Under the pieces are notes generated by a model. It did not search any database, had not been told where the DNA came from, and saw only the letters and a program-made list of their open reading frames with translations. 25,831 nt of DNA from Promethearchaeota archaeon (GTDB lineage Archaea > Asgardarchaeota > Lokiarchaeia > Sigyniarchaeales > SOKP01): assembly GCA_016839765.1 (NCBI GenBank), contig JAEOTP010000084.1, positions 1 through 25,831 on the forward strand, in the 5' to 3' direction. A program made the position numbers and the translations under genes. This document shows positions 1-8,878 of this stretch, one piece after another. Positions within the stretch are counted from its first letter, which is position 1. Every line of letters starts with the position of its first letter.

Positions 1-97
1 AAAAGTGATTCATTGTTAATTTATGAATGAATTATTAAGAAGATTTTAATAAATTGGTATGGAAAAAAAATTATTGATATATGGATATTGAGATAAA

Positions 98-1450
98 ATG
101 ATTGAGAAAAATGATCCAAAACGGAAAGAGAAGTGTGATGAAGTTATTGAAAAAATAAAGGAAGAGGACATTAAATTTATTTATCTACAATTCACAGATA
201 TTCATGGAATTATTAAATCGTTTGAAATTAATGCGAAAAGAATTGAAGAAATTTTTGAACTGGGAGAGAATTTTGATGGAAGTTCGATTACTGGTTATGG
301 TGCGATTGAAGAGAGTGATAAGGTTGCGCTTCCTGATCCAAGTACTTTTTATCTGTTACCTTGGAGGAAGCAGAATAAGGTTGCGCGAGTGATTTGTGAT
401 ATTTACAAACCAGATGGAGAGCGTTATGAGGGTGACCCGCGCGGGATTTTACAGCGAGCAGTTAAAAAGGCTAAAGAGTTAGGCTACAGTTACTTTTGTG
501 CTCCAGAAATGGAATTCTTTATATTAACTCCAGATACCGAACAAGCAGTTAAGCCATCGGATATGAGAGGCTATTTTGATTATGATCCTTATGATATTAG
601 TGAAATGATAAGATATAGAATCGCAGAATATTGTGATGCGATGGGAATTTCAGTGGAATGTGTTCACCATGAAGTTGCATTTGGGCAACATGAGATAGAT
701 TTTAGATATGATGAGGCAATAAATACCGCAGATAATACAATTACAATTAAAGCAATAGTTAAAACAGTTTCTGCGCAACATAATTTAATAGGAACATTCA
801 TGCCTAAACCATTTGAGGGAATAAACGGTTCAGGAATGCATGTCCACCAATCTCTCTGGAAGAATGGAGATAATATGTTTTATGATGAGAATGACATAGA
901 TAATATTTCATTATTAATGAAAAAATGGATTGCTGGTCAATTGAAACATGCAATTTCTATGTGCGCGGTTTTAAGTAGCTGGCCAAATTCATATAAAAGG
1001 CTTGTTCCGGGGTATGAGGCACCTGTCTACCTTGCTTGGGGATTTAGGAATAGGTCTCCGTTAATTAGGGTACCAGATTTTCACGGAAGACCTAATGCTG
1101 CTCGATGTGAGATACGATGTCCTGATCCAGCAGGAAACCCATATCTTCAATTCGCAGTATTGCTTTCAGCTGGATTAGATGGAGTATTATCTAATGAGAT
1201 TGAATTATATGAACCTACTGATAGAAATGTATATCATTTAACTTCAAAAGAGATGGAAAAGGAGGGAATTATTGCATTACCGGGAAGTTTACGACGGGCT
1301 CTAGATGAATTTAAAGAATCGGAATTTATGAAAGAAGTATTTGGCGAACTTGCGTTTAAAAACTATTATTACGCGAAACTTGAAGAGTATGATAAATATC
1401 GCGTTGTTGTAAGTGAATGGGAAAGAGACCGATATATAACCCGTTTATAG
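98..1450 (+). CDS. glnA: Glutamine synthetase type I
   Basis: 450 aa with GSI motifs FDGSSI, PEMEFF, HHEVAFGQHEI, FMPKPFEGINGSGMHVHQSL, YKRLVPGYEAP, NRSPLIRVP and EIRCPDPAGNPYL. Confidence 0.96.
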   Translation: MIEKNDPKRKEKCDEVIEKIKEEDIKFIYLQFTDIHGIIKSFEINAKRIEEIFELGENFDGSSITGYGAIEESDKVALPDPSTFYLLPWRKQNKVARVICDIYKPDGERYEGDPRGILQRAVKKAKELGYSYFCAPEMEFFILTPDTEQAVKPSDMRGYFDYDPYDISEMIRYRIAEYCDAMGISVECVHHEVAFGQHEIDFRYDEAINTADNTITIKAIVKTVSAQHNLIGTFMPKPFEGINGSGMHVHQSLWKNGDNMFYDENDIDNISLLMKKWIAGQLKHAISMCAVLSSWPNSYKRLVPGYEAPVYLAWGFRNRSPLIRVPDFHGRPNAARCEIRCPDPAGNPYLQFAVLLSAGLDGVLSNEIELYEPTDRNVYHLTSKEMEKEGIIALPGSLRRALDEFKESEFMKEVFGELAFKNYYYAKLEEYDKYRVVVSEWERDRYITRL

Positions 1451-1527
1451 TTTTGAATTTAAGTTTTTGTTTAAAACTATTTTCTTTTTATATAATAATT
1501 TTATAAATTGTGAAGTAATTAATATAT

Positions 1528-1547
1528 TTGTACATTTTTGTGTACAA
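1528..1547. promoter_or_regulatory. Candidate operator, 7-6-7 inverted repeat TTGTACA-N6-TGTACAA
   Basis: Perfect inverted arms at 1528-1534 and 1541-1547. It lies 44 bp upstream of the ATG at 1592 and just downstream of TATA-like tracts. Confidence 0.45.
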
Positions 1548-1591
1548 GAATATTCAATATAAGAATAATTTTAGATAAAGAGTGGTAATTT

Positions 1592-1888
1592 ATGGGAAAA
1601 TATTTAGTCCTTTGGCAAGTAGATTGGTCCAAAATTCCAATAGATCGAAAAGAAAGAGGTATAGGTTGGAATGGCTTAGTAGCATTAGTAAAGAAAGACA
1701 TAGAACTGGGTGTAACAAAAGATTGGGGTGCATTTGTAGGTGAAGTAAATGGTTATAGTATCGTAGAAGGATCTGAAGCTGAAATTGGTAAACAATTACA
1801 AAAATATGTTCCGTTTACTAAATTTGAAGTAAAAGCAATTGCAACAGTGGACCAAGTTCAAGAAGTTATTGATGATTTAAAAAAGTAA
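1592..1888 (+). CDS. Small DUF3303/GYD-like dimeric alpha-beta barrel protein, function unknown
   Basis: 98 aa. The pattern KYLVLW...DWGAFVGEVNGYSIVEG...YVPFTKFEV resembles archaeal DUF3303-type proteins (recognised from memory, not searched). Confidence 0.6.
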   Translation: MGKYLVLWQVDWSKIPIDRKERGIGWNGLVALVKKDIELGVTKDWGAFVGEVNGYSIVEGSEAEIGKQLQKYVPFTKFEVKAIATVDQVQEVIDDLKK

Positions 1889-1930
1889 GAAAATCCATAC
1901 TAAATAAGTCAAAGAAAAAAAATTCAAATT

Positions 1931-2650
1931 TTAATTTTTTTTTATAATAGTTTTAGTATTATTTATTTTAGATATGTCAAATTTCCATACTCCATAACTT
2001 AAGAATATAAAACTAATTATTGAAGCAATATGTACTATCTTTTGGGCAACAACTACAATATCATATTCAATAATTATTATTCCTATCACTAAAGTTGAGA
2101 GAGCTATGAAAAAGACTAGTACATATGTTAAAAAGATTATTGAATAAATTCTTGGGAAATCTTTATTTATATAGAGAGCTATAGTGTAAAAAACACCGTT
2201 AAGTGAGAGAGAGAGATATGCTATAGAAGCTAAAATCAAATGAGCTATATCTAAAAGGTCGATTGGAGTAAATACAATTCCAATTATTGATAATGATGCA
2301 ATAATTCCGAGAATTGAACCTATTTTAGCCATTTTTATCTTCAATTCCCCATTTTGGAATAATTCAGAGAATATTAAATAAAAAGGAATAAATAAAATCG
2401 CGTATAACACTAAGGCAATTGAAAATAATATTATTGAAACAGTATTAGGAATTCCTGAATAACCAATTGTTCTTCCTAAATCACTTACAATATTTTCCCA
2501 AAATGAATATCCAGAAACATTAGGATCTTTATAGTTTCCTCCAGTGTAAAATAACATTGCTATAAATAATAAAACGACAAGTAAAACACACCCTAGAATT
2601 TCAGCAATTAGCGCTTTATTTTTCCATTTTTTGAGATTTATTTTTATCAT
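1931..2650 (-). CDS. Integral membrane protein, DUF998-like
   Basis: About 6 hydrophobic segments, a YSFWENIVSDLG motif and a His in a TM helix (IAHLI). I prefer the ATG at 2650 over the TTG at 2656. Confidence 0.65.
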   Translation of the reverse strand: MIKINLKKWKNKALIAEILGCVLLVVLLFIAMLFYTGGNYKDPNVSGYSFWENIVSDLGRTIGYSGIPNTVSIILFSIALVLYAILFIPFYLIFSELFQNGELKIKMAKIGSILGIIASLSIIGIVFTPIDLLDIAHLILASIAYLSLSLNGVFYTIALYINKDFPRIYSIIFLTYVLVFFIALSTLVIGIIIIEYDIVVVAQKIVHIASIISFIFLSYGVWKFDISKINNTKTIIKKN

Positions 2651-2884
2651 TCTCAAATTAAAATTCGATTTTAAATTAATCAGGGAAAAATTAAATCTTA
2701 ATAATATATTGATTTAGAAATTTTTGATTATTTAATAATATAGCAGATTCAGACCTTAAGTCTCCCATCTCTTCAATTTGTTTTATAATATTTTAAACTA
2801 ATGGATACCATTTCAAGAAAATAAAAAATATTCCAGGAGAATTGAATAATATTTATTGAATGAATATTTAACATACTTTTAGTT

Positions 2885-4333
2885 TTAAATTTCGGTGAGA
2901 AACTTATCTACCATATCTTTATTTGGTAGTAACACTTGAGCGTAGGGTAATGCTTTTAGTTTCACTCGTTCTGATTCATATGGATAATAAAAATATAATA
3001 TAATCCACATAAATGAGCCTAATAACCAAAATAATAATACTATTAATATGTAAATATTAAGCATATCGATATTATTTTGAATGAGGGCAGATAATACCAA
3101 ATTTCCGATGATTCCTCCTAAGTTTAACATTAAGTTATTTAAACCATTGACCGAACTCCTAAGTCTTGGAATACATACTTCTGTATATATGGCAAACTGA
3201 TTTCCTACCGCAAAATATGTAAAGAAATACCCAATAATCCCTAAAAATAGAAATGGGTGGATATAAAATCCAATAAGAAAGGAGATTCCAATAAGCAGCC
3301 CCAAAAAGGAGAAGATCATACGACCTCTATTCCGGAAGAGATGATGATATTTATCCCCTAATTTTCCACCAATAATTGATCCTGGAAGTGCTCCTAGACC
3401 AGAGAAGATATAAAGGAAAGTAGCCAATACTTCACTGTTTACTTTATTAGTGAGATAAAATATTGCCCAGTTCCCCAATGTAAAAATAGCAAGACCAGAA
3501 CAAAACACTGAAATTAAAATAGCTGAGACGGATTTAATTTTAAAAAGATTCATTACATCTTTGCTAGTAATTTTATAATTATAGACCGCTGTCGCTTTCA
3601 GATCAACTACTCCTTGTGCAATTCCATGCTCAGAATCAATGCCATGAAAAAAATAGGCACTTAAAATTATTATTCCTATAATAGCCCCTAGCATAAATCC
3701 CATCCTCCACCCAATAATTCCTCCAATAATGATTCCCACCCCATTTCCCAGAAGGTATCCAAATTGCATTAAACCAAATTTTGTGCCTCTTTCTTGAGGA
3801 CTGTAGAAATCACCGATCATTGAAAAACCAATTGGTAAAAAAGCACCAGTTCCTATCGCACTAATAACGAGTAATATAAAAAACATTGAAAAATTTAGTG
3901 AGATGCTGAGTAATCCATAGGAAATTATCCAGATGCAATTGGTAAATATAAAGAGACTTTTTCTGGTAATTTTCTTAGCAAGGTAATTAGTATAATATCC
4001 AAAAAAAATAATGCTTGCCATACTAGTAAGTAAGTTTATTGTAATTAATAATCCAATACCAAATGAGCTTGTACCTTGAAGGTTTAATAATAAATCGTCT
4101 ATATTTGCTGGTAATATCCCCATACTAAAATATATCATCAAATATAATCCAAAAATCAAGCAAAAAGTGTTATTTCGCCGTAATTTAAACCATAGATTAT
4201 CTTGTAATAAAATCTTAAATTTAGGGATTTTTTTTTCAAACCTATAATCTTTTCCAATTTGATGGTCTAAATTTTCTAAAAAGGTATTATGTTCTTCAAT
4301 AAGCCGAATTAATCGTTTATGAGTTATTTTCAT
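2885..4333 (-). CDS. Major facilitator superfamily transporter
   Basis: About 12 TM segments, MFS motifs IGDFYSPQERG and GGKLGDK, and a hydrophilic N-terminal extension of about 50 aa. Confidence 0.88.
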   Translation of the reverse strand: MKITHKRLIRLIEEHNTFLENLDHQIGKDYRFEKKIPKFKILLQDNLWFKLRRNNTFCLIFGLYLMIYFSMGILPANIDDLLLNLQGTSSFGIGLLITINLLTSMASIIFFGYYTNYLAKKITRKSLFIFTNCIWIISYGLLSISLNFSMFFILLVISAIGTGAFLPIGFSMIGDFYSPQERGTKFGLMQFGYLLGNGVGIIIGGIIGWRMGFMLGAIIGIIILSAYFFHGIDSEHGIAQGVVDLKATAVYNYKITSKDVMNLFKIKSVSAILISVFCSGLAIFTLGNWAIFYLTNKVNSEVLATFLYIFSGLGALPGSIIGGKLGDKYHHLFRNRGRMIFSFLGLLIGISFLIGFYIHPFLFLGIIGYFFTYFAVGNQFAIYTEVCIPRLRSSVNGLNNLMLNLGGIIGNLVLSALIQNNIDMLNIYILIVLLFWLLGSFMWIILYFYYPYESERVKLKALPYAQVLLPNKDMVDKFLTEI

Positions 4334-4422
4334 ATAATTTTAAAACCTTAATGATTGAAATAATATAATTGTGAAATTATTAACATCTATATTTAAAGAA
4401 AAAATCTTTTGATTTTATTGAA

Positions 4423-5172
4423 CTAAGTAAAATAAATAGTGATATCAAATGCTTCATCGTTAATTTTTCCTTTAATATCCAAATCGTTATCATAAATCAT
4501 AGAGAACCTTAAATTAAATCGATCTCCAAAACATTTTTCATAAAAATAAATCAATGGCTCACATTTTTTTTGAATTTGTGAAACAGGAATTGATTTTATT
4601 AATTTAAAATAGAGAAATGGATCATATTTAGAACTAAAGATGTAATATAATAATTGAGTATCGCGATCCAAGGCAATAAAACAATTTAAATTCACTTCAT
4701 AAAAGAGTTTAAATCGATCTGTAAAATCTTTCCACTTCAAGATTACGTGTATTAAATCTGTTCCAACTATCCCTTTTACCATTTTTTCCTTGTTTATTTG
4801 GCGATCCATAGAGATGTCGATTAAATCATTGAAGTTATATCGTTCTCTTTCAGTTAAATCAATGAAGGGAATGTTGTAGTTTGAATCATGGAGTAAAATA
4901 TATTTTATTAACTCAGCACTTTCTTCTGGATATCGAGCATAAAGAATTTTTACTGCCTCAGAGCGAACATTACTATTAACGTCTGATAATGCCAAATGTT
5001 TTAAAACCGAAAAAACATCATATTTACCAAAATCGAATTTTGAAAGCTTTATTAGATTAACTAATCGTGCTCTATCATTATCAGAGTATTGGATAATCTG
5101 TAGTAATTCCTCTAGATCCTTTTTTTTTTCTAAATTGTTTATATTGAATTCATTAGTTGAAAACTCTTCCAT
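4423..5172 (-). CDS. Hypothetical protein with an N-terminal HEAT/PBS-like helical repeat region
   Basis: LKHLALSDVNSNVRSEAVKIL is a typical HEAT-like repeat, flanked by similar SDNDRAR and LLHDSN units. The C-terminal half is unrecognised. Confidence 0.6.
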   Translation of the reverse strand: MEEFSTNEFNINNLEKKKDLEELLQIIQYSDNDRARLVNLIKLSKFDFGKYDVFSVLKHLALSDVNSNVRSEAVKILYARYPEESAELIKYILLHDSNYNIPFIDLTERERYNFNDLIDISMDRQINKEKMVKGIVGTDLIHVILKWKDFTDRFKLFYEVNLNCFIALDRDTQLLYYIFSSKYDPFLYFKLIKSIPVSQIQKKCEPLIYFYEKCFGDRFNLRFSMIYDNDLDIKGKINDEAFDITIYFT

Positions 5173-5246
5173 TACTGCTCATTGAGATTAATGAATATTT
5201 TATGAGAATTATTATTTGTAAACCTATTTAAACAAAAAATTCTCTA

Positions 5247-5312
5247 TTAAATCTTCATATTGTCTATTTCATAAATCTATTTTAGAGATTGATGCCTAAA
5301 GTATTGATTATC
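5247..5312 (-). pseudogene. Decayed fragment of the 3' end of the ABC transporter gene at 7075-8877
   Basis: The minus strand translates DNQYFRHQSLK*IYEIDNMKI*, versus the ABC C-terminus YNTYFRHQSLQYIEEMGKT*. TAG stands where the intact gene has TAC (Tyr). Confidence 0.75.
5283..5304. repeat. Direct repeat copy 1 (tagagattgatgcctaaagtat)
   Basis: 21/22 identical to 7105-7126. Confidence 0.9.
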
Positions 5313-5337
5313 TCTCATCTCCTCAATACCTTTTAGG
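5295..5337. other. Imperfect inverted repeat / stem-loop
   Basis: cctaaa-gtattga (5295-5307) pairs with tcaatac-(ct bulge)-tttagg (5323-5337), with a 15-nt loop. It lies just downstream of the serine dehydratase stop. Confidence 0.6.
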
Positions 5338-5374
5338 ATGATTTAAATTCATAAATATCTCCATATAATTTGGA

Positions 5375-6937
5375 TTATGAAATTTTTTCGTGGTATTGTT
5401 CTTCTAGTTTTTTAGCTGACTCAGTTATTGCGAGACCCCCTAATGAGGTACATCGTAATTGAGAAGGTAACATTTTTCCACTCTCATAAGAGGCTTGGAT
5501 ACAGTCGTCAAGATTGATTGGGTTAACATAACCTCCCATTATAAGATCAGCGCATACAAAAGCATTTGAAGCTGCAACAGCATTTCTTGTGTGGCAGGGA
5601 ATTTCACAGAATCCAGCAACGAGATCACAAACTGATCCCATGGTATTTTGTAAAGCAATAGCTGCTGCATTTGTGGCAAAATTTGGGTTTCCATTGGCGG
5701 CCTCAACAACAGCTGCTGCAGCCATTGCAGCAGCGATTCCTATTTCAACTTGACACCCTGCGATTTCAGCAGCAAAAGTTGAATTCATAGCGTTTACTAA
5801 ACCTATTACTCCAGCAACTAGTGCACAATTAACAATCTTTTCTATAGAGAGATTAAAATCATGGTGAAGAGTATAAAGAACAGAAGCGATAACTCCACAT
5901 GAACCGCCTGTAGGTGCAGCACAGATTAAACCGCCAGAAGAAGCTGTATCCATTGCTGCCAATGCTCTATAAGCACTTTTTATATTTATTCCAGGATTAA
6001 ATAGATTTCCATTGATTTCTTCTTGTTGTATTTTACTTGCAGAATGTTCTAATAAGTTCATCGAAGAATTTTTACTTTTTAAGCCCATTTCTACAGAAGA
6101 AAACATTACAGATATCCTTTTTTTAATTTCATCTATAATAATTTTTTTATCTAAATTGAGTAAGGTTGATTCATATTCAAGACCTATTTCTCCAAGTTCA
6201 AATCCTTTACTTTTTGCTATTTTTAACATTTCTGAAGTATTTGTAAATATTGGGATTCCATGTATAGGGAAGACTATAGGACTCGTAATCCAAATATTTG
6301 TTATTTCTACATTTTTTGTTAAAAAATCGATAAAATTTTCTTCAAAACTATAAGGATCTTTTACTTGAATAAAAGATGATTGTTCAATTCTTTGTATATC
6401 AGATATTTTCATAGATTCAAATCTTGATTGGAAATTTTTCTTTATTTCCTCTTCAAAATTTGAGTTAAATTCAACTAAAAGATTATTTAATTGACCATTA
6501 ATTATAACATTCCAATTATTGAGTCTATCTATTAATACCATACCACCCCCTATTGATTTAGCTACAAAAGTTAGAAAATCTCCATTATATAGATATATTT
6601 CTATAAGGATATAATTCGGATGATCCGCATTTGGTAGATCCTTTGTTTGAAAATAATGAGTAATTCCTTGTTTTTTGGCAATTCCTAAAGAATCAAGAAA
6701 GTTGGGGGCTTCCACAGATAAATCAATCAAACCAGCCAGGAAAGCAATTTCACTGTTTTGAGATTTATAGACCCTGCCAAAAGAACTTTTCGAATCAAAA
6801 GTGATGTGAACTTCTTTAATCTTATCTTTACATAGCATTTTGGTTAAACACCCAATATTATAAGATGCTGCGGTATGCGAACTCGAAGGTCCATGCATAA
6901 TCGGACCTAAAACATCATTCAAAATGCTTAAATCTAT
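5375..6937 (-). CDS. sdaA: Fe-S-dependent L-serine dehydratase, fused beta and alpha subunits
   Basis: Beta motif GPIMHGPSSSHTA and SIGGG; alpha motifs CAAPTGGSCG, GCQVEIG and CDLVAGFCEIPC (Fe-S cysteines), plus LRCTSLGGLA. The start is probably ATA at 6937; the ORF track uses TTG at 6922. Confidence 0.92.
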   Translation of the reverse strand: MDLSILNDVLGPIMHGPSSSHTAASYNIGCLTKMLCKDKIKEVHITFDSKSSFGRVYKSQNSEIAFLAGLIDLSVEAPNFLDSLGIAKKQGITHYFQTKDLPNADHPNYILIEIYLYNGDFLTFVAKSIGGGMVLIDRLNNWNVIINGQLNNLLVEFNSNFEEEIKKNFQSRFESMKISDIQRIEQSSFIQVKDPYSFEENFIDFLTKNVEITNIWITSPIVFPIHGIPIFTNTSEMLKIAKSKGFELGEIGLEYESTLLNLDKKIIIDEIKKRISVMFSSVEMGLKSKNSSMNLLEHSASKIQQEEINGNLFNPGINIKSAYRALAAMDTASSGGLICAAPTGGSCGVIASVLYTLHHDFNLSIEKIVNCALVAGVIGLVNAMNSTFAAEIAGCQVEIGIAAAMAAAAVVEAANGNPNFATNAAAIALQNTMGSVCDLVAGFCEIPCHTRNAVAASNAFVCADLIMGGYVNPINLDDCIQASYESGKMLPSQLRCTSLGGLAITESAKKLEEQYHEKIS

Positions 6938-6943
6938 AACTTC

Positions 6944-6950
6944 TCACCCT
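6944..6950 (-). promoter_or_regulatory. Shine-Dalgarno-like site AGGGTGA
   Basis: Matches the archaeal GGAGGTGA consensus and lies 6 nt upstream of ATA at 6937. Confidence 0.6.
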
Positions 6951-7074
6951 CTTCATTTTGAAATTACATTATAAATATTATAAACTTCTACTTAAGAATA
7001 TATTTTCTATACTTGATTAAAAAAATCTTCAGATAATGATTTTTACTTGGTTCAACAAAATAAAAATATTAAGG

Positions 7075-8877
7075 TTATGTTTTACCCATTTCTTCAATGT
7101 ATTGTAGAGATTGATGTCTAAAGTATGTATTATAAAGGGTAGCATAATACCCCTTTTGACTCATTAATTCTGCATGATTACCTTCTTCGATGATTTTTCC
7201 ATTTTCTAAAACAATGATTCTATCTACATGTCGTACTGTCCATAACCGATGAGCGATAACTATAGATGTCCTACCTTCCATAGTTATTTCTAAAGCGTCT
7301 TGAATCCGTGTTTCCGTAAAGGGATCCACTGAAGCTGTTGCCTCATCCAAGATGAGAATCGAGGGGTCTTCTAATAAGACTCTGGCAAAAGCTACCAATT
7401 GGCGCTGCCCCATTGAAAGTAAGCTGCCTCTTTCTCCTACATTGGTATTCAATCCATTTGGAAGGCTGTTTGTCCACTCTGACCCGCCTGCTTTATCTAA
7501 AGCACTGATTACATCTTCACATTTCGCTGAACTACAACCATAATTAATATTGTTTTCAACCGTATCCGCCCATAAAAAAGGTATTTGGGGGATAATACCA
7601 ATTTGACGTCTATATTCAGTAAGATCATAGTCTCTAATACTTATTCCGTCCACTACTATATCACCGCCTTGAAATTCATAAAATCTTGCTATAAGGTTAG
7701 CTAGACTTGATTTACCAGCTCCAGTATGTCCTACTATGGCTAAAGATTCTCCTGGTTTTATCTTTAATGAAAAATTATCGAAAACCTTTTTTCCCTCTTC
7801 ATATTGGAAAATTAAATTTTTGAACTCAATTTCTCCTTTTAATTTTTCAGGTATAAGATTATTTCGTTGCACAACTACTGGAGGAGTATCTATTATAGAA
7901 AAAATTCTTTCAGCTGCTGAAAGCCCAGCTTGAAATTGAGGCCAAAATGATGCGATAGTTAATAAAGGAAAGAATAGCAGATTGAGACTTTGCAAAAACA
8001 TGTTAAAATCTCCAGCATTTATCGAATTAAAGATAAGGAAATTACCACCATAATACACTAAAATAGCTAAAACAATTCCTTGAACAATTCCTAATGTAGG
8101 AAAAATGGCATTTAAAGTAAAAGCTCTCTTTAAATTAACTTTGTATGATTGAATGTTTACCATATTGAATTGATCATATAGTTTTTGCTCTTGTCCAAAT
8201 GTCTTAGCAATTTGAATACCCGAAAAGCTTTCTTTTGCAAATGCATTTACAGATGCTAAAGCTCGCTGCCCTAATAATGTCATTTTTCTAGCTAACTTTC
8301 TGTAAGATAATGCTACAATAAAAAAAATTGGGATGGCAATTAACATTAGAAATGTAAGAAAACTGTTGATTGTTAATAAAAGAAAAATTAATATAAGCAT
8401 AACAAATACGGAAGATATAACTTCTATAGTAAGTTCTACCATTTGTCCAAATTCTCGACTATCTGTATTAATTCTACTTACAATTTTTCCAGTTGGATTT
8501 TTATCAAAAAAAGAAAGATCATGATTTAAAATCGAATTAGTAGCATCTTTTCTCAAATCAAGAACTACATAACCTAATGCTTTTGCTGCATTTTTCTGTC
8601 GATAATAATTAAATAGAAAACTCAATACATTTAAAACTAGAATGAGTAAAATTAGAAAAAGGAAATAAGTAGGGTCTGCATTAAATTGCAAATTAGTAAT
8701 TGCAATAGAAGTGATTAATGGTACGAATGCTGTTGTTAGAGATGAGATTGTGAGAAATAAGATAACAATTCCCATATATTTTTTATATGGAGAGAAGTAG
8801 GAAAATATCCTTTTTATTAATCTACGATCTTTATATTGTCTATCATAGACTTCCGCATCCAAACCAACCCAAACCAT
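7075..8877 (-). CDS. ABC exporter TMD-NBD half transporter, partner subunit of a heterodimer
   Basis: Walker A GHTGAGKS, signature LSMGQRQ, Walker B ILDEATA and H-switch IAHR. The ATG at 8877 is preceded by GGTGA; the track's GTG at 8889 lies within that RBS. Confidence 0.93.
   Translation of the reverse strand: MVWVGLDAEVYDRQYKDRRLIKRIFSYFSPYKKYMGIVILFLTISSLTTAFVPLITSIAITNLQFNADPTYFLFLILLILVLNVLSFLFNYYRQKNAAKALGYVVLDLRKDATNSILNHDLSFFDKNPTGKIVSRINTDSREFGQMVELTIEVISSVFVMLILIFLLLTINSFLTFLMLIAIPIFFIVALSYRKLARKMTLLGQRALASVNAFAKESFSGIQIAKTFGQEQKLYDQFNMVNIQSYKVNLKRAFTLNAIFPTLGIVQGIVLAILVYYGGNFLIFNSINAGDFNMFLQSLNLLFFPLLTIASFWPQFQAGLSAAERIFSIIDTPPVVVQRNNLIPEKLKGEIEFKNLIFQYEEGKKVFDNFSLKIKPGESLAIVGHTGAGKSSLANLIARFYEFQGGDIVVDGISIRDYDLTEYRRQIGIIPQIPFLWADTVENNINYGCSSAKCEDVISALDKAGGSEWTNSLPNGLNTNVGERGSLLSMGQRQLVAFARVLLEDPSILILDEATASVDPFTETRIQDALEITMEGRTSIVIAHRLWTVRHVDRIIVLENGKIIEEGNHAELMSQKGYYATLYNTYFRHQSLQYIEEMGKT
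7105..7126. repeat. Direct repeat copy 2 (tagagattgatgtctaaagtat), inside the ABC gene 3' end
   Basis: 21/22 identical to 5283-5304. Confidence 0.9.
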
Positions 8878-8878
8878 T

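Noticed and set aside
1-97. Search for NrpR (GGAA-N6-TTCC) or GlnR/TnrA boxes upstream of glnA
   Set aside because: No match in the available 97 bp.
2764-2777. cccatctcttcaat, 13/14 identical to the ABC 3' end at 7085-7098 (IEEMG)
   Set aside because: It is too short in an AT-rich window, and the similarity does not extend on either side.
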